From Mobula hypostoma (taxonomy: Eukaryota), in assembly GCF_963921235.1 (NCBI RefSeq), contig NC_086107.1, positions 114,702,001 to 114,766,000 of the forward strand: 64,000 nucleotides of DNA, written 5' to 3'. Position numbers and translations under genes: made by a program. Shown one piece after another: positions 39,346 through 52,106 of this stretch. Each line of letters starts with the position of its first letter. Positions within the stretch are counted from its first letter, which is position 1. The notes under the pieces were generated by a model. That model had not been told where the DNA came from. It saw nothing but the letters and a program-made list of their open reading frames with translations, and did no database searches.

Positions 39346-42300
39346 TATCTGGCCTCCCCCCTCCTCCCACCCTCATGGAAGGAAGTGAGGGGGGATCAAC
39401 CCCCTTCATTCTGTAACCCTGCCCTCTCTTTGCCCCCCTTCCCGGATTATCCAGAAATAGAGGGGTAGCTCTCATCCCTTCCCTGGGGGTGGGGGGTGTT
39501 GAATGGCTCCCTTCTCTCTGTCCCCCTCCCCCACACTGAAAGCGGAATTAATAATGCTGTACATATTTATATTATATAATCAGTGTGTTACTGTGGTTTT
39601 TTTGGGGGGTGGGTGGGAAAGCATCTACAGAATATTTTGTACATTTTTTAAAAAAGAAAATAAGGTTTTGTTTTGCGTGGGGGAGGGGTTAATGTGATTT
39701 TAACCGAGGCAGATTTTTATCCCCATTTTCTCTCCCCATTTTCTCTCTCCCTGCTGCTGGAACTGTATACGGATTTTTTTTTAAAAAAGAGAAATTATGC
39801 TACTGAACTTATGTGAGGTGACGTTTGATTGCTGGTGGGAGGAGGGGGGTGGGGAGGGTCAAGGCGAGTGTCGGGTGCATCATTTCCTCAGTTTCCCCCC
39901 CATCTTGCTCGAGGGAGGGGATGGGGAGTTGGGAGGGTTGTGGAATAGACCAGAGCGTGATAAATCACCCTCATCCCCTGTGATCCACACATCTCCATTT
40001 CCCTTTTCCCTGTCTCCCCACCCCGTCTCCATCCTGCTTATCCTGTAACTACATTCGAGACTCTCCCACTGGGGGAGACATCTCAACATCTCCCCAATCT
40101 CCTCATCATTTCTCTGCTTGAGACCTTAATCGCTTTTGGTGACAGCTTTTTCATCAAACGACCCTCGGATCCCTGCTAAATCTCTCTTCCCCCACCTCAA
40201 ATCTTTACCCTCCTGTTCCAGATTCCCCAGCCTGTGTACATCCATCTTGTCTGAGCCTTGCCTTCCTATCCACGTACTGACCAACTATCTTCAAAATGTT
40301 GTTATTGGACCTGCCTCAGCCATTTCTTCTGGCTGCACGTGGCCATCGATGAGCTGCCATCTCCATCGTCCTCTGGTCGATGGTTTGGTTGGAGTTCATC
40401 AATGTTTCTGTAATCTGTTGTGACCGCTGTCCAGGGGATTGGCCTACAGAGCTTCACTAGAGTCCCGTTGACTGGTCTCACCTGTTTCCACCTCTCACGA
40501 CGGGGACGTAGGGTTGCACTTTGAGAGCCTGAGATGGCCAAAATGCCTTTAAGCCTTTCTTATCCACATAACAGTGCAAATGCCTTTATAAAATGTTGTA
40601 ATTGTTAATGTCACATTGGAGTAAATCTTCAACTGCAGGTGAAAAAAGAGGTGTGATATGAAAGTGCTTTTTAAGGCACAGGGATATCTTGGCTCAGATG
40701 TACACAAAAAGAGGTTTAGTTTAAATTCAGCACCATGTTTGGCACCGATATGATGGGCCAAATGTACCTTCTATGGCCGGCTGGTGGCGCACGCGGCCTC
40801 GTTAAAACTACAAGGGTCGAGTCAGGAACGTTCATAACGTGACCTGGTTAACCCTGACACCACGTGCCAGCCAAGAATAGCTGAATGTCTGGTACGACAT
40901 GCTGAAAACAAACCCCTTCTGTGTCCTCTATAGTAAGTCTCCGCCTCTCTCGCTTGCCTCCTGACCTTCTCCAACCCCTTTAAACAATCGATCTTTGGGC
41001 TCTGCGCCGTGCAGATCTATTCTGCGCCCTTATGCGAGACCAACCTGCGCCGTTCTTTGGGTTTTTCATTGTTTGGCAACAGTTTACTGCCCTTCATCGT
41101 TCAAGACTCCAGCGGACGCAGACCCCGACTAGTGCTGGTGGGACAACCTCTTGCCTATCACCATTGTAACCCCTTGCTCACGGAGCTGGGAGGGGGAGGG
41201 CGGGTAGGTGGGGACGAGTGGGAAAGGTGGAGAGCCAAGGTTGTCGACAGCTAAGTCCAATGGAGACATAGGGGGTGAGACAGACGGCCCTACCTCTTGC
41301 CTCCTTGCCAGCAGCCCTTCCTCAGGCCCATGGAGAATATCCTGTCACACCCCTCAACTGTAGACAGTGGGCAGGTGAGATGGTGGATGCTGTGTGCATG
41401 GACTAGCCCCACCTGCTGAAGTGGGAAGTGTTCCGTCACACACCTCGCCCATAGGTGGTGGACTGGTAATGTGGCGGATTTTATCTGCATGGACAAAACC
41501 ACCCAAACAAGTGGGAAGTGTTCGGTCACACACCTGACCCGCAGGTGGTGGACAGGTAATATGGCAGACGTTGTGTGCATGGATATCTAGACGGAGAACC
41601 TTCTGATCATCCACCCTTTCCGCTTTAGCCAGGATGAGCAGGCCATGGGGTGGGTGTGGGATAACTACAATGGTGAGGGACTGAAGGACCGGTCAGAGTG
41701 GAGGGTTAGAGGTTGGAGTGCAGGCCGTGCATAAGGACCAACACTGGATTGTCATACAAGAACGGCGACTTATCCCTGATGCTATCAAATGCTGTCACAG
41801 CTCAGAGGCCAGCCATTTCAGTCCACTGATTTGCTGGCCCCTGGCTCCGGGCCCAATGGTTCCTCCATGTTTTTCATTGGTGTCCCAGGAATCTCCCACC
41901 CTGTTTGTCCTCATCAGTTTGTGCAGCTCAACCAGGCTCCCACTGGGACCGGGCATTAGATACAACATCCTCACCCCCCACCCCCACAATTCCAGGCATA
42001 CTGTCCTCTCCCACCCTCAGGGACCAGCCATCAGCAACGCCACCTTTCCTTCTGGAGCTGGGTGTCGGACATACCATCCTCTCTTGGCCTGTGGGACCGA
42101 GTATTCAACACACTGTTCTCCCACCACCCTCCAGGACTGAGGGTCAGACACACTGTCCGTTCTACACCCTCCCCCACCCCCCAACTTTGGCCACCAGTCA
42201 TTGGAAGCAACATCCTCTCCTGCTGCCTTCTCTAATCCCATTTCCCGACACTCACTAGCCTTGTCTGCTTCTGCAGTTCAAATGCTTGAGTGTTGCCTCC

Positions 42301-42730
42301 ACAGTCTCGTCAGGATGTATGCTCCAAATTCTGGGGAGAAAACAATTGTCCTTCTCAGCCTCTGCCCAGGGGACAGGTTTCCAGATCTCTGCCCCTCAAT
42401 GTATTGTACCCCTTCATTAGTTCCCCATTCTTCCTCGGGGAGAACAAGACCCCCCCCCCTCTCCATCGTACATTGCACATCACAGTACAGGCCCTTCAGC
42501 CCACAATGTTGTGCTGACCTTTTGACCTATTGCATGATCGATCTAATCGTTCCTCCGACACAGCCCTCCATCCATGTGCCTATCACAGAATCTCTTAAAT
42601 GTCCCTAATGTACCGTCCTCTACCACCACTTCTGTCTTGGCAGTGCATTTTATGCACCCTCCACTCTAAAAATAAACCTACCTCTGAAATCCCCATTTAT
42701 TTTCCTCCAAAACGACACCCTCTCCTATGA

Positions 42731-42920
42731 AACAACATACATCAAAGTTGCTGGTGAACGCAGCAGGCCAGGCAGCATCTATAGGAAGAGGCGCAGTCGA
42801 CGTTCAGGTCGACTGCGCCTCTTCCTATAGATGCTGCCTGGCCTGCTGCGTTCACCAGCAACTTTGATGTATGTTGCTTGAATTTCCAGCATCTGCAGAA
42901 TTCCTGTTGTTTGCGTTTAA
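42731..42920. mobile_element. PLE-derived palindromic insertion with 14-bp TSD
   Basis: Arms 42733-42801 and 42808-42876 are perfectly complementary; accctctcctatga at 42717-42730 and 42921-42934. Confidence 0.9.
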
Positions 42921-45900
42921 ACCCTCTCCTATGAGCCATTTTTACCTTATGCCTCTTAATCATCTTGTACGCCTCTGGCGTTTCGGGCAGCAATGAAGTC
43001 CTCCATCTCTGACAGCATTCAGGGCTTCCTTTATCGTGTCTGTAGCTTCCTCTCGGTTTTCGCCATTGTTAGTAATGCAAGTCCCGGGTGGAGACTCAGG
43101 AACACTGCACTCGGATGTGGAATGATTCTTCATTGCTTTTTGCATAAGTCTTGTTTGACCAGTCACGTTTGTTAGCCCTCAGCTGAACCCCCGAACCCAG
43201 AGGCCCGGTGGACCACTCGTGGTCTGGCCTCTACCCTTTGACCTGCTTGGCATGGGTGACCCTACCAAGAGCCAAAGCATAAAGCCCTGACTCCAGACCA
43301 CATCGCTGTCCAAGTCATTGAGGCAGACAAACCTCCAAACCTTATGACAAGGTTGCAGTTCTCTTCGATGTGCACCCTCTCTAAAGCTTCCTTTAATGAG
43401 ATGACCACAACTGAACACAATACTCCAAGATTGGCCTTCTATAGAGCAGCAACGTTACATTGTAACTGAGACACTCCATCCACAGGGAGATCTAGTCCTA
43501 CTCCTGTATGTTATAGTTTCGTGGTGTAAAATGTAAGTATCGTGGGAGAGTTGTGTGAGAGAGTCCTTGACTACTGATGTTCCGCAGGGATCAGTTCTCG
43601 AGCCTCTGCTTTTAGTGATAGAGAGGACTTAAGTGAAAATGTAGATGTATGGCTTAGTAAGTTTGCAGCTGACACAAGGATTGGTGGTGTGGGTAGTGTA
43701 GAAGGTTCTCAAAAGAAACAGTGTGATATAGATCCATTTGCAGATATGGACAGAGAAAGGCAGCTGGAGTTTAATTCAGGCAAAGTACAAGAAATGTGTC
43801 GCAGGTAGACAGGGTGGTGGAGAATGTATTTGGTATACTGGTCATCTTCACCCAGGGCATTGAGTACAGGAGGTGGGATGTTACCTTGTAGTGGTACAAG
43901 ACCACACTCAAAATACCATGTACAATTTTAGGAAAGATGCCATCTAGCGTGGTTTGCGAAGATGGTGCTCGAGGGACTGAGTTATTGAGAGAGGTTGGGC
44001 AAGTTGGGACTTTATTCCCTGGAGCATTTGAGACTGAGGGGTGCAAATGGGTAAATGCACGTTGTTATTCCAGTGTTGGGAAAATCAACACTGGGTTTAT
44101 TTTTAGAGTGGAGGGTGCACAAAATGCACTGCCAAGACAGAAGTGGTGGTAGAGGACGATACATTAGGGACGTTTAAGAGATTCTGCGATAGGCACATGG
44201 ATGGAGAGCTGTGTCGGAGGAAGGATTAGGTATACGGACCTGCGGGGCAACTTGTTTCCCCAGAGGGTTACCTGGATGGGGAATGAACGGTCAGAAGTGG
44301 TTCAGGCAGATGCATTTAACAATATTCAAAAGGCACTTGGTCAGGTATGTGATGGGAAAGGAATGGAGGGAGATGCACCAAATGCTGACAAACGGGATTG
44401 GCTTAGAAGGGAATCTGGGCTGGCTTACCCAGTTGGACCACAGGATCTGTTTCCATGATGTACAATGGGAGGAACATCCTGGGGAATCTCCTCACTATCA
44501 TGTAGTGACCAGACCTACTGCACATCGTGCTTCCGCTGTGGTCAGTGCCATTTTCTGCAAAGTTGGACCGTAACCTCCCTGCTCGTGTGTTCTGTCCCCC
44601 CCCCCCCCCACGGCTAATGACAGCAGGTATCAGGCAGCAGTGCAGCGGCAGGTATCAGGCAGCAGTGCAGCAGCAGGTATCAGGCAGCAGTGCAGTGCAT
44701 GGCAGGACGTAAAAATTACTGAAGTAAATAGTGTGAGAGAAATAGCGAGTTTGGGTTCATGACAGTTAAAAATCCTCTAATATAACTATTATTCTTAGAA
44801 TTCTGCACAATCGGAAATGGGTTTATAGTCAATGGGAACAAACAGACTAATGGATATAAGATGTAAAATGTCTTAAGTCACAAAATTAAAAAAAAACTAG
44901 CCATAGAGCCCAGTAACAGGCCCTTCAACCCATTTAGACTATGCCAACCTATTCTGCCTAGACCCATCGACCTGCACTTGGAACATCCCCCTCCCATCCA
45001 TGTACTTATCTAAGCTTTTCTTAAATGTTGAAAATCGAACCAGCATTCACCACTTCTGCTAGCAGCTCGTTCTATACTGTCACCATGAAATTCCTCCTCC
45101 ATGTTCCCCGTAAAATATTTCATCTACCTCTATCAAATCCGTCCTCATCCTCCTGAACTCTCGGGAATAAAGTCCTAAACCTTATAGCTCAGTTCCTGAA
45201 GTCCTGGCAATGCACTCTTTCAATCTTATATCTTTCCTGTAGATAGATTACAAGAAGTGTGCCTCACCAGCATCTTATACAACTTAAACATAACACCTCA
45301 ACTCCTGTACCCAGTACTTAGATTTGTGAAGGCCAAGAGTTCTCTTTACAACCCTATCTGGATGTGAATGATGGATCCGTATTCCCAGATCTCTTTGTTC
45401 TACCACACTCAGTGCCCTGTGCAAGTCATACACTGGCTTATCCTCTCAAACTGCAACACCTCACACTGGTCTGCATTATATTCTCTCTGCCATTTTTCAG
45501 TGCAAGGAAGAGAAGTAACGAGGTAGTGTTGATGGACCATTGAATCTGGTGACAGAGGGCAGGAAGCTGTTCCTAAATGTGAATCGGTCTTCAGACTCCT
45601 GTACCACCTCCTTCATGGTAGAAATGAAAAGAGGGCATGTCCCAGATCCTGGGGATCCTTAATAGTGGATGCCACCTACTGTAGGCATCTCCTCGTGAAA
45701 ATGGCCTCGATGGTGGGGAGGTTTATGCCCATGATGGAACTGGCTGAATCTACAACTCTGTAGCCTCTTGCGATCATGTACATTGGACCCTCCATGTTCT
45801 TACAGTGAGGCAACCAGTCAGAATGCTCTCCACTGAACCTCAATAGAAATTTGCTAACGTCTTTGCTGACATACCAAATCTCCCCAAACTCCCACTGAAG

Positions 45901-47533
45901 TAGAGCTGCTGACGAGTCTTTGTGATTGTGTCAATGCGTTGGATTGTTTCTCCCCGTGATCACCTCTAAACCACTTCATCCTCACCTTGAACCTCTGGTT
46001 GGAGTCACCTCCATGAAGTGAGGAATAGGGGAGGGAAGGCTCGGGTACAGAATGAAAGCCTGGTTGGGCAGGCACCATTTAATCCATAGAAGCAGCTTTC
46101 AGATCTTGCCGTTGCACCTGGACAGTTGGAAAAATGGGCTGAAAATGGTAGATTGGATTTAATGCAGACAAGTGTGAGGTGTGGCACTTTGGTAGGACTT
46201 GTGCAGAGAATGGTAGGGCACTGAGGATTGCAGTAGAAGAGAGGGATCTGGGAATTGAGGTCCACAATTCCATGAAAGTGGTACCACGGAGTGGTAAAGA
46301 GAGCTTTTGGCACATTGGCCCTTCATAAATTACAGAGAACGGATCTTATGTTGAAATTGTGTAAGAAGTTGGAGAGGCCTAATATTGTGGGCAGGAAAGA
46401 TGTAAATAAAATTGAAAATAGACATTTTACAAAATTGTTGTCGGGACTTGAGGACATGAGTTATAGGGAAAAGTTGAATAGGTTATGATTTAATTGCATT
46501 GAGCGTAGGAGAAAGAAGGGTGATTTCACAGAGGTATACAAAATTATGAGTAAGGATAAATGCAACATGCTTTTTCTCCACTGAGGTCAGAGAGTAGAAT
46601 TAGAGGTCATAATTGAGGGTGAAAGGTGAAAATTTAAGGGAAATCTGAGGAGGAACAACTTCATTCAGACGGTGGTGTGAGTGTGGAATGAATTACCAGC
46701 AGAAGTGGCATTTATCGGTTCGATTTCAACGTTTAAGAGAAGTTTGGATAAGTACTGTGTGGATGGGAGGTGTATGGAGGATGGGGCCAGGTTCAGATAG
46801 ATTGGATTAGACAGAGTAACAGTTCAGCACGGAGAAGATGGACTGAAGGGCCTGTTTCTGTGCTGTGACTCCATGAGAGTATTTTACAGAGGGAGGGGTG
46901 GGGGCGGGGGCAAAGTGCAAGGAACGAGATCCTTTCCAGTGCATATGTTGGAGAGAGATCGGAAACCCAGCCATCAGCCTCAGACATTCTAGTGTTCTCA
47001 GTATTATTTATTCATTGCAATTATTACTTGTTTCCTTTGGTACTTGCTCAGGACTGGTAAGGAAGGGGATAACGAGGGGATGGGTCCGGGTGAGGAGGTA
47101 GGTTGACTGTGAGAGAGGAGAGGGGTAGTGTAGTATGAACTGGGTGGTGATAGGTCCGAAAGGTAAATGACCGAGGAAGGAGAACACTCAAAGCTCCTTG
47201 ACATTGATATTTCAGCGTTTTTGAACGGTACTCTTAACCTGTGGAGTTCAATACCTAAAACTACAAGGGATGCAGACTCAGTTGACACTTAAACGACGGC
47301 TCAAAACTGATTTATTTAACCTTCCGAAAAGGAGTTCAGTTTCCGTGTGTGGCCAGCGATGAGGCTTGCTGTTGGAGAGCCCCTCACAGCTCTCCTTTTC
47401 GCCAGACTGCCAGCCAGTGGTGGAAGCTGAAAATGAGAGCGACAAGCACTACCCACTACATACCACAATAACCATTTTGCCACGAAGATAAACAATACAA
47501 TAAGAAAAAAAACAATAAATATAAATCCTCTAC

Positions 47534-48068
47534 TGTAAAGATGAAGCCACACTCAGGTTGGAGGAACAACCTTATATTCCGTCTGGGTAGCCTCCAACCC
47601 GATGGCATGAACATTGACTTCTCTAACTTCCGTTAATGCCCCACCTCCCCCTCGTACCCCATCCGTTACTTATTTATTTAATATATTTTAAATATATATA
47701 TTTCCCCCTTTTTTCTCTCTTTTTTTCCCTCCGGCCCTCTCACTATAACTCCTTGCCTGCTCTCCACCCTCTGAGCTCCCCTCCCCCCTTCTCTTTCTCC
47801 CCAGGCTTCCCGTCCCAAGACCCTCTCCCTTCTCCAGCTCTTGGCCCCATCCCTCCCCCTCCTGTCTCCCATCATTTTGGATCTCCCCCTCCCCCCTTCC
47901 ACTTTCAAATCTCTTTATCTCTTCTTTCAATTCGTCCTGACGAAGGGTTCTGGCCCGAAACGTCGACTGTACCTCTTCCTATAGATGCTGCCTGGCCTGC
48001 TGCGTTCACCAGCATTTTTTGTGTGTTGCTTAAATTTCCAGCATCTGCAGATTTCCTCGTGTCTGCGA
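47534..48068 (+). mobile_element. Penelope-like element 3' end with hammerhead motif (47934-47967)
   Basis: CKDEATLRLEEQ/LIFRLGSLQPDGMNIDFSNFR*, then pyrimidine-rich UTR and gtc-ctgacga-agggttctggccc-gaaa-cg-tc-gac. Confidence 0.8.
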
Positions 48069-48904
48069 ATATAAATACATTATTCGTTCGTTATGTGCTG
48101 TGCCCGTGATTGTTCTTGGCAAACTTTTGTACAGAAGTGGTTTACCTTCTGGGCAGTGTCTTTACAAGACTGGTGACCCCAGCTATTATCGATACTCTTC
48201 AGGGATTGTCTGCCTGGCGTCAGTGGTCACATAACCAGGACTGGTGATATGCACCGGCTGCTCACATGACCATCCACCACCGGCTCCCACGGCTTCGCAT
48301 GACCCGATCAGGGGGCTAAGCAGGTGCTACACCTTGCCCAAGGGTGACCTGCAGGCTAGTGGAGGGAAGGAGCACCTCACACGTCCTTTGGTAGGGCCGT
48401 ATCTCTACTCCGCCACCCAAATAAATACATACGATGGTTTATATGGATAGATTGATTGTGCGTCCATGAGGTGGCGCTAGACTCCGGAGTGACTGTACAT
48501 AAAGGTGACTGACAGAAAATGATGAATTAGTGCTGGTGGGGTGTGGAGGGGTGGGTAATAGGTGGAGGTGTTGATCAGCCTTACTGCTTGGGGAAAGTAG
48601 CTGTTTTTGGTGTGGATGCTACCTGGCCGCCTTCCTCATGGGAGTGGGACAAACGGTCCACGTGCAGGGTGGGTGAGATCCTTCATGATGTTACTCGCCC
48701 TTTTTGTTTAATATGTACTTGCTGGTGCCAGTGACGCGTCAGCATAACAAAATTACTATAGGTTACAACAAAAAAAGAACAAAGCATGTAGATAGTGTAA
48801 CAATCAAATATTGAGACAGTGCTCAAGAACCATTCACCCTCCATACCAGACGGGGATGCGACCAGTCACAATAATTTCCAGGACAAGCAAGGACTCCAGT
48901 GCCT

Positions 48905-49565
48905 ACAAACAGAAGAGATTCTGCAGACACTCCAACTCCAGAGCGACACAAGAAGTGCCGGGGGATCTCAGCAGGTCAGGCAGCAATAAAGAGTCGATCT
49001 TTCGGTTGAGACCCTTCAACAGGACTGGAAAGGAAGGGGACAGAAACTGATGGGAGGGCAAGGAGTATTAGCTGGCAGATGATAGGTGAGCCCAGGTAGG
49101 GGGAAAGTTGGTGGGTATGGGAGGGGAGGATGAAGTGAGAAGCTGGAAAGTGATAGGTGGAAGCGTTAAAGGGTTGAAGGAGAAGGAATCTGATAGGAGA
49201 GGATAGTGGACCATGGAAGAAAAAGAAGGAAAGAGGGGAACCAGAAGGAGGTGAGGGGAGGAATCAAAATGAGAAATGGAAAAAGAGAAAGGGGAAGGAG
49301 AATAAATTCCAGGAAGTTAGAGAGATTGATGTCTGTACCACCAGGTTGGAGACCATGCAGGTTGGAAGTTAGAGAGATTGAGGTCTGAACCATCAGGTTG
49401 GAGACCATGCAGACGGAATATGAGGGGTTGCTCCTGCAGCCTGCGTGTGGCATCGTCATGGCAGTAGAGAAGGGCAATGTGCGGACATGTCACTGTGGGA
49501 ATGGACAGTGGCTTTGAAGTGAGTAGCCACCAGGAGATTCTTGCTGATTTGGTGGACGGAGTAAA
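48905..49565 (-). mobile_element. Degenerate Penelope-like element 3' end
   Basis: Minus strand reads HFK..VHSHSDMS..LLYCHDDATRRLQEQPLIFRLHGLQPDG; internal ~56-bp tandem duplication. Confidence 0.7.
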
Positions 49566-49996
49566 GTTGCTCAGGCCCACCCTTCTGCCTCTCCCCCCCT
49601 CCCCCCGCCCCACCTCGCATAACCGTTAATTCTCCTACTACGCGTAATAGACGGTTTAACCCAGTGCGTAAGGGACTAACAGGCTGAGAGACTGAGGACA
49701 TTGCTGGGACATTCACTTGGGAAGAAATAAAAGTTGAGGTTATTATTGGAATGGTGAAAGATCGCAGCATGCGGTTGTGCAGAAGGCTCGGGAGTATTGG
49801 TTCTACCGCAGCTTTACAGGGTACTGGAGAGGCACCCAAGCTACTGCATGCAGTTCTGGTCTCCTTGAGGAAAGATATACCGGCTTTGGAGACTGGCCAG
49901 AGGAAGTTCACCAGATTGATTCTGGAGATGAGGGGTTAAACCAATGTGGAGAGATTGAGATGTCTGGGTCTATACTCTGGAATTCAGAAGAATGAG

Positions 49997-50931
49997 CCGG
50001 GGATGTGCGACGGGATAGTGCGAAGTGAGTTACTCTGTGTCTGACCCCGGGAGTGTGTGATGGGACGGTGTGGAGGGAGATTCACTCTGTGTCTGACCCC
50101 GGGAGTGTGTGATGGGACGGTGTGGAGGGAGCTGCACTCTGTGTCTGACCCCGGGAGTGTGTGACGGGACGGTGCGGAGGGAGCTTCACTCTGTGTCTGA
50201 CCCCGGGAGTGTGTGATGGGACGGTGTGGATGGAGATTCACTCTGTGTCTGACCCCGGGAGTGTGTGATAGGACGGTGTGGAGGGAGCTTCACTCTGTGT
50301 CTGACCCCGGGAGTGTGTGATGGGACGGTGTGGAGGGAGCTTCACTCTGTGTCTGACCCCGAGAGTGTCTGATGGTTCGGTGTGGAGGGAGCTTCACTCT
50401 ATGTCTGACCCCGGGAGTGTGTGATGGGACGGTGTGGAGGGAGATTCACTCTGTGTCTGACCCCGGGAGTGTGTGATGGGACGGTGTGGAGGGAGGTTCA
50501 CTCTGTGTTTGACCCCGGGAGTGTGTGATGGGACGGTGTGGAGGGAGCTGCACTCTGTGTCTGACCCCGGGAGTGTGTGACGGGACGGTGCGGAGGGAGT
50601 TTCATTCTGTGTCTGACCCCGGGAGTGTGTGATGGGACGGTGTGGAGGGAGCTTCACTCTGTGTCTGACCCCGGGAGTGTGTGATGGGACGGTGTGGAGG
50701 GAGCTTCACTCTGTGTCTGACACCGGGAGTGTGTGATGGGACGGTGTGGAGGGAGCTTCACTCTGTGTCTGACCCCGGGAGTGTGTGATGGGACGGTGTG
50801 GAGGGAGCTGCACTCTGTGTCTAACCCCGGGAGTGTGTGACGGGACGGTGCGGAGGGAGTTTCACTCTGTGTCTGACCCCGGGAGTGTGTGATAGGACGG
50901 TGTGGAGGGAGCTTCACTCTGTGTCTGACCC
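49997..50931 (+). repeat. 52-bp minisatellite array A (ctctgtgtctgaccccgggagtgtgtgatgggacggtgtggagggagcttca), about 18 copies
   Basis: Direct tandem repetition. Confidence 0.97.
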
Positions 50932-51514
50932 AGTCAAGGCAGCAATCTCTCCCTCGCTGTCAGAGAAAAACAGGAAGGGGGCGATGTACATACTCCTGTC
51001 CACATCAATGGTGCTGAGGTTAAGAGCTTCAAGTTATTCGGAGTGAACATCACCAGTAGCCTCTCCGCTACAACTACACAAGCTCCACGGCCAAGAAAGT
51101 TCACCAGCGCCTCTACCTTCTCAGAAGGCTAAGGAAATTCGGCATGTCCCCCTGCTCACCCTCACCAATGTATTATCGATGCACCATGGAAAGCATCCTA
51201 CCCGTCTGCATAGCCTCCAACCTGATGGCGTCACGGCGTGGTTCCTCAAATCCTCTACCTAGGACGGCATAAAAACCGCAGAGAGTCCTGCAGACGTCTC
51301 AGCACATCACGGAAACCGGCCTCCCCTCCACGGGCTCTGTCTACTCTTTCCGCTGCTTCGCTAAAGCGGCCAGCATCATAAAATTCCCCCCCGGACTTTC
51401 TCACTTCCGCCCAAGGACAGCTTCTAGCCCTCTGTCGTGTGAATGACTATCGATCTCTTTGTCTCATCGCGGCCCTTGCACACTCACTGTAACTGTAACA
51501 CTTCCTTCTGTAAC

Positions 51515-51710
51515 GCACACAGAACGCTGGAGGAACTCAGCAGGCCAGGCAGCTTCCATGGAAAAGAGTAAACAGTCGCCGTTTCGGGCCGGGACCGTTC
51601 ATCGGAACCGAAGGGTCCCGGCCCGGAAACGTCGACTGTTTACCATTTTCCACAGATGCTGCCTGGCCGGCCTGCTAGTGTGTTTCGCTTGGATTTCCAG
51701 AATCTGCTTA
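51515..51710. mobile_element. Degenerate PLE-derived inverted repeat
   Basis: gcaggccaggcagc..aaacagtcgccgtttcgggccgggacc facing ggtcccggcccggaaacgtcgactgttt..gctgcctggcc. Confidence 0.7.
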
Positions 51711-52066
51711 ATTTATCTTGTTTGTGACTGCACTTTAGTCTGCATTCAGTTTTGCACAGTACGACCTTGCTGTGCCCATGTATGAAATGATCTGCCTGGA
51801 GGTACACAAAATCTGTTTGCTTGATCTCTGTACGTCTAACCTAATGCGCTATAATCAAAATCCTCTATCTGTCCCCCACCAGCTCACCCCCCTCCCCTTC
51901 ACACTCCCCCTTCCCCACCTCTCTCCCCCACCCACTCTCTCCCTTCCTCACCTACCCTCTCCCCACCCCTACCCTCTCCATCTCTCATTCCTTCCCCTGC
52001 CGCGGCGAGGAGAGGAAGCCCTCGCTCCCCGGGAACTCACACCAAGGGACGGGAGGCAGCGGCGGG

Positions 52067-52106
52067 ATGTTTCCCCCACCCTCACTGATCCTGTTCTGTG
52101 CCTCCG
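52067..52106 (+). CDS. Putative exon 1 (signal peptide start) MFPPPSLILFCAS
   Basis: GC/CpG-rich unique leader, ATG with G at -3, short hydrophobic peptide, G|gtgagt phase-1 donor. Confidence 0.6.

Noticed and set aside
49997..50931. CRISPR-like or RSS-like array
   Set aside because: Contiguous tandem units with no unique spacers; cacagagtg is not the RSS heptamer and no nonamer was seen; eukaryotic context.
50983..51046. Alternative signal-peptide-like start MYILLSTSMVL
   Set aside because: Part of a Rex/Babar-like LINE fragment.
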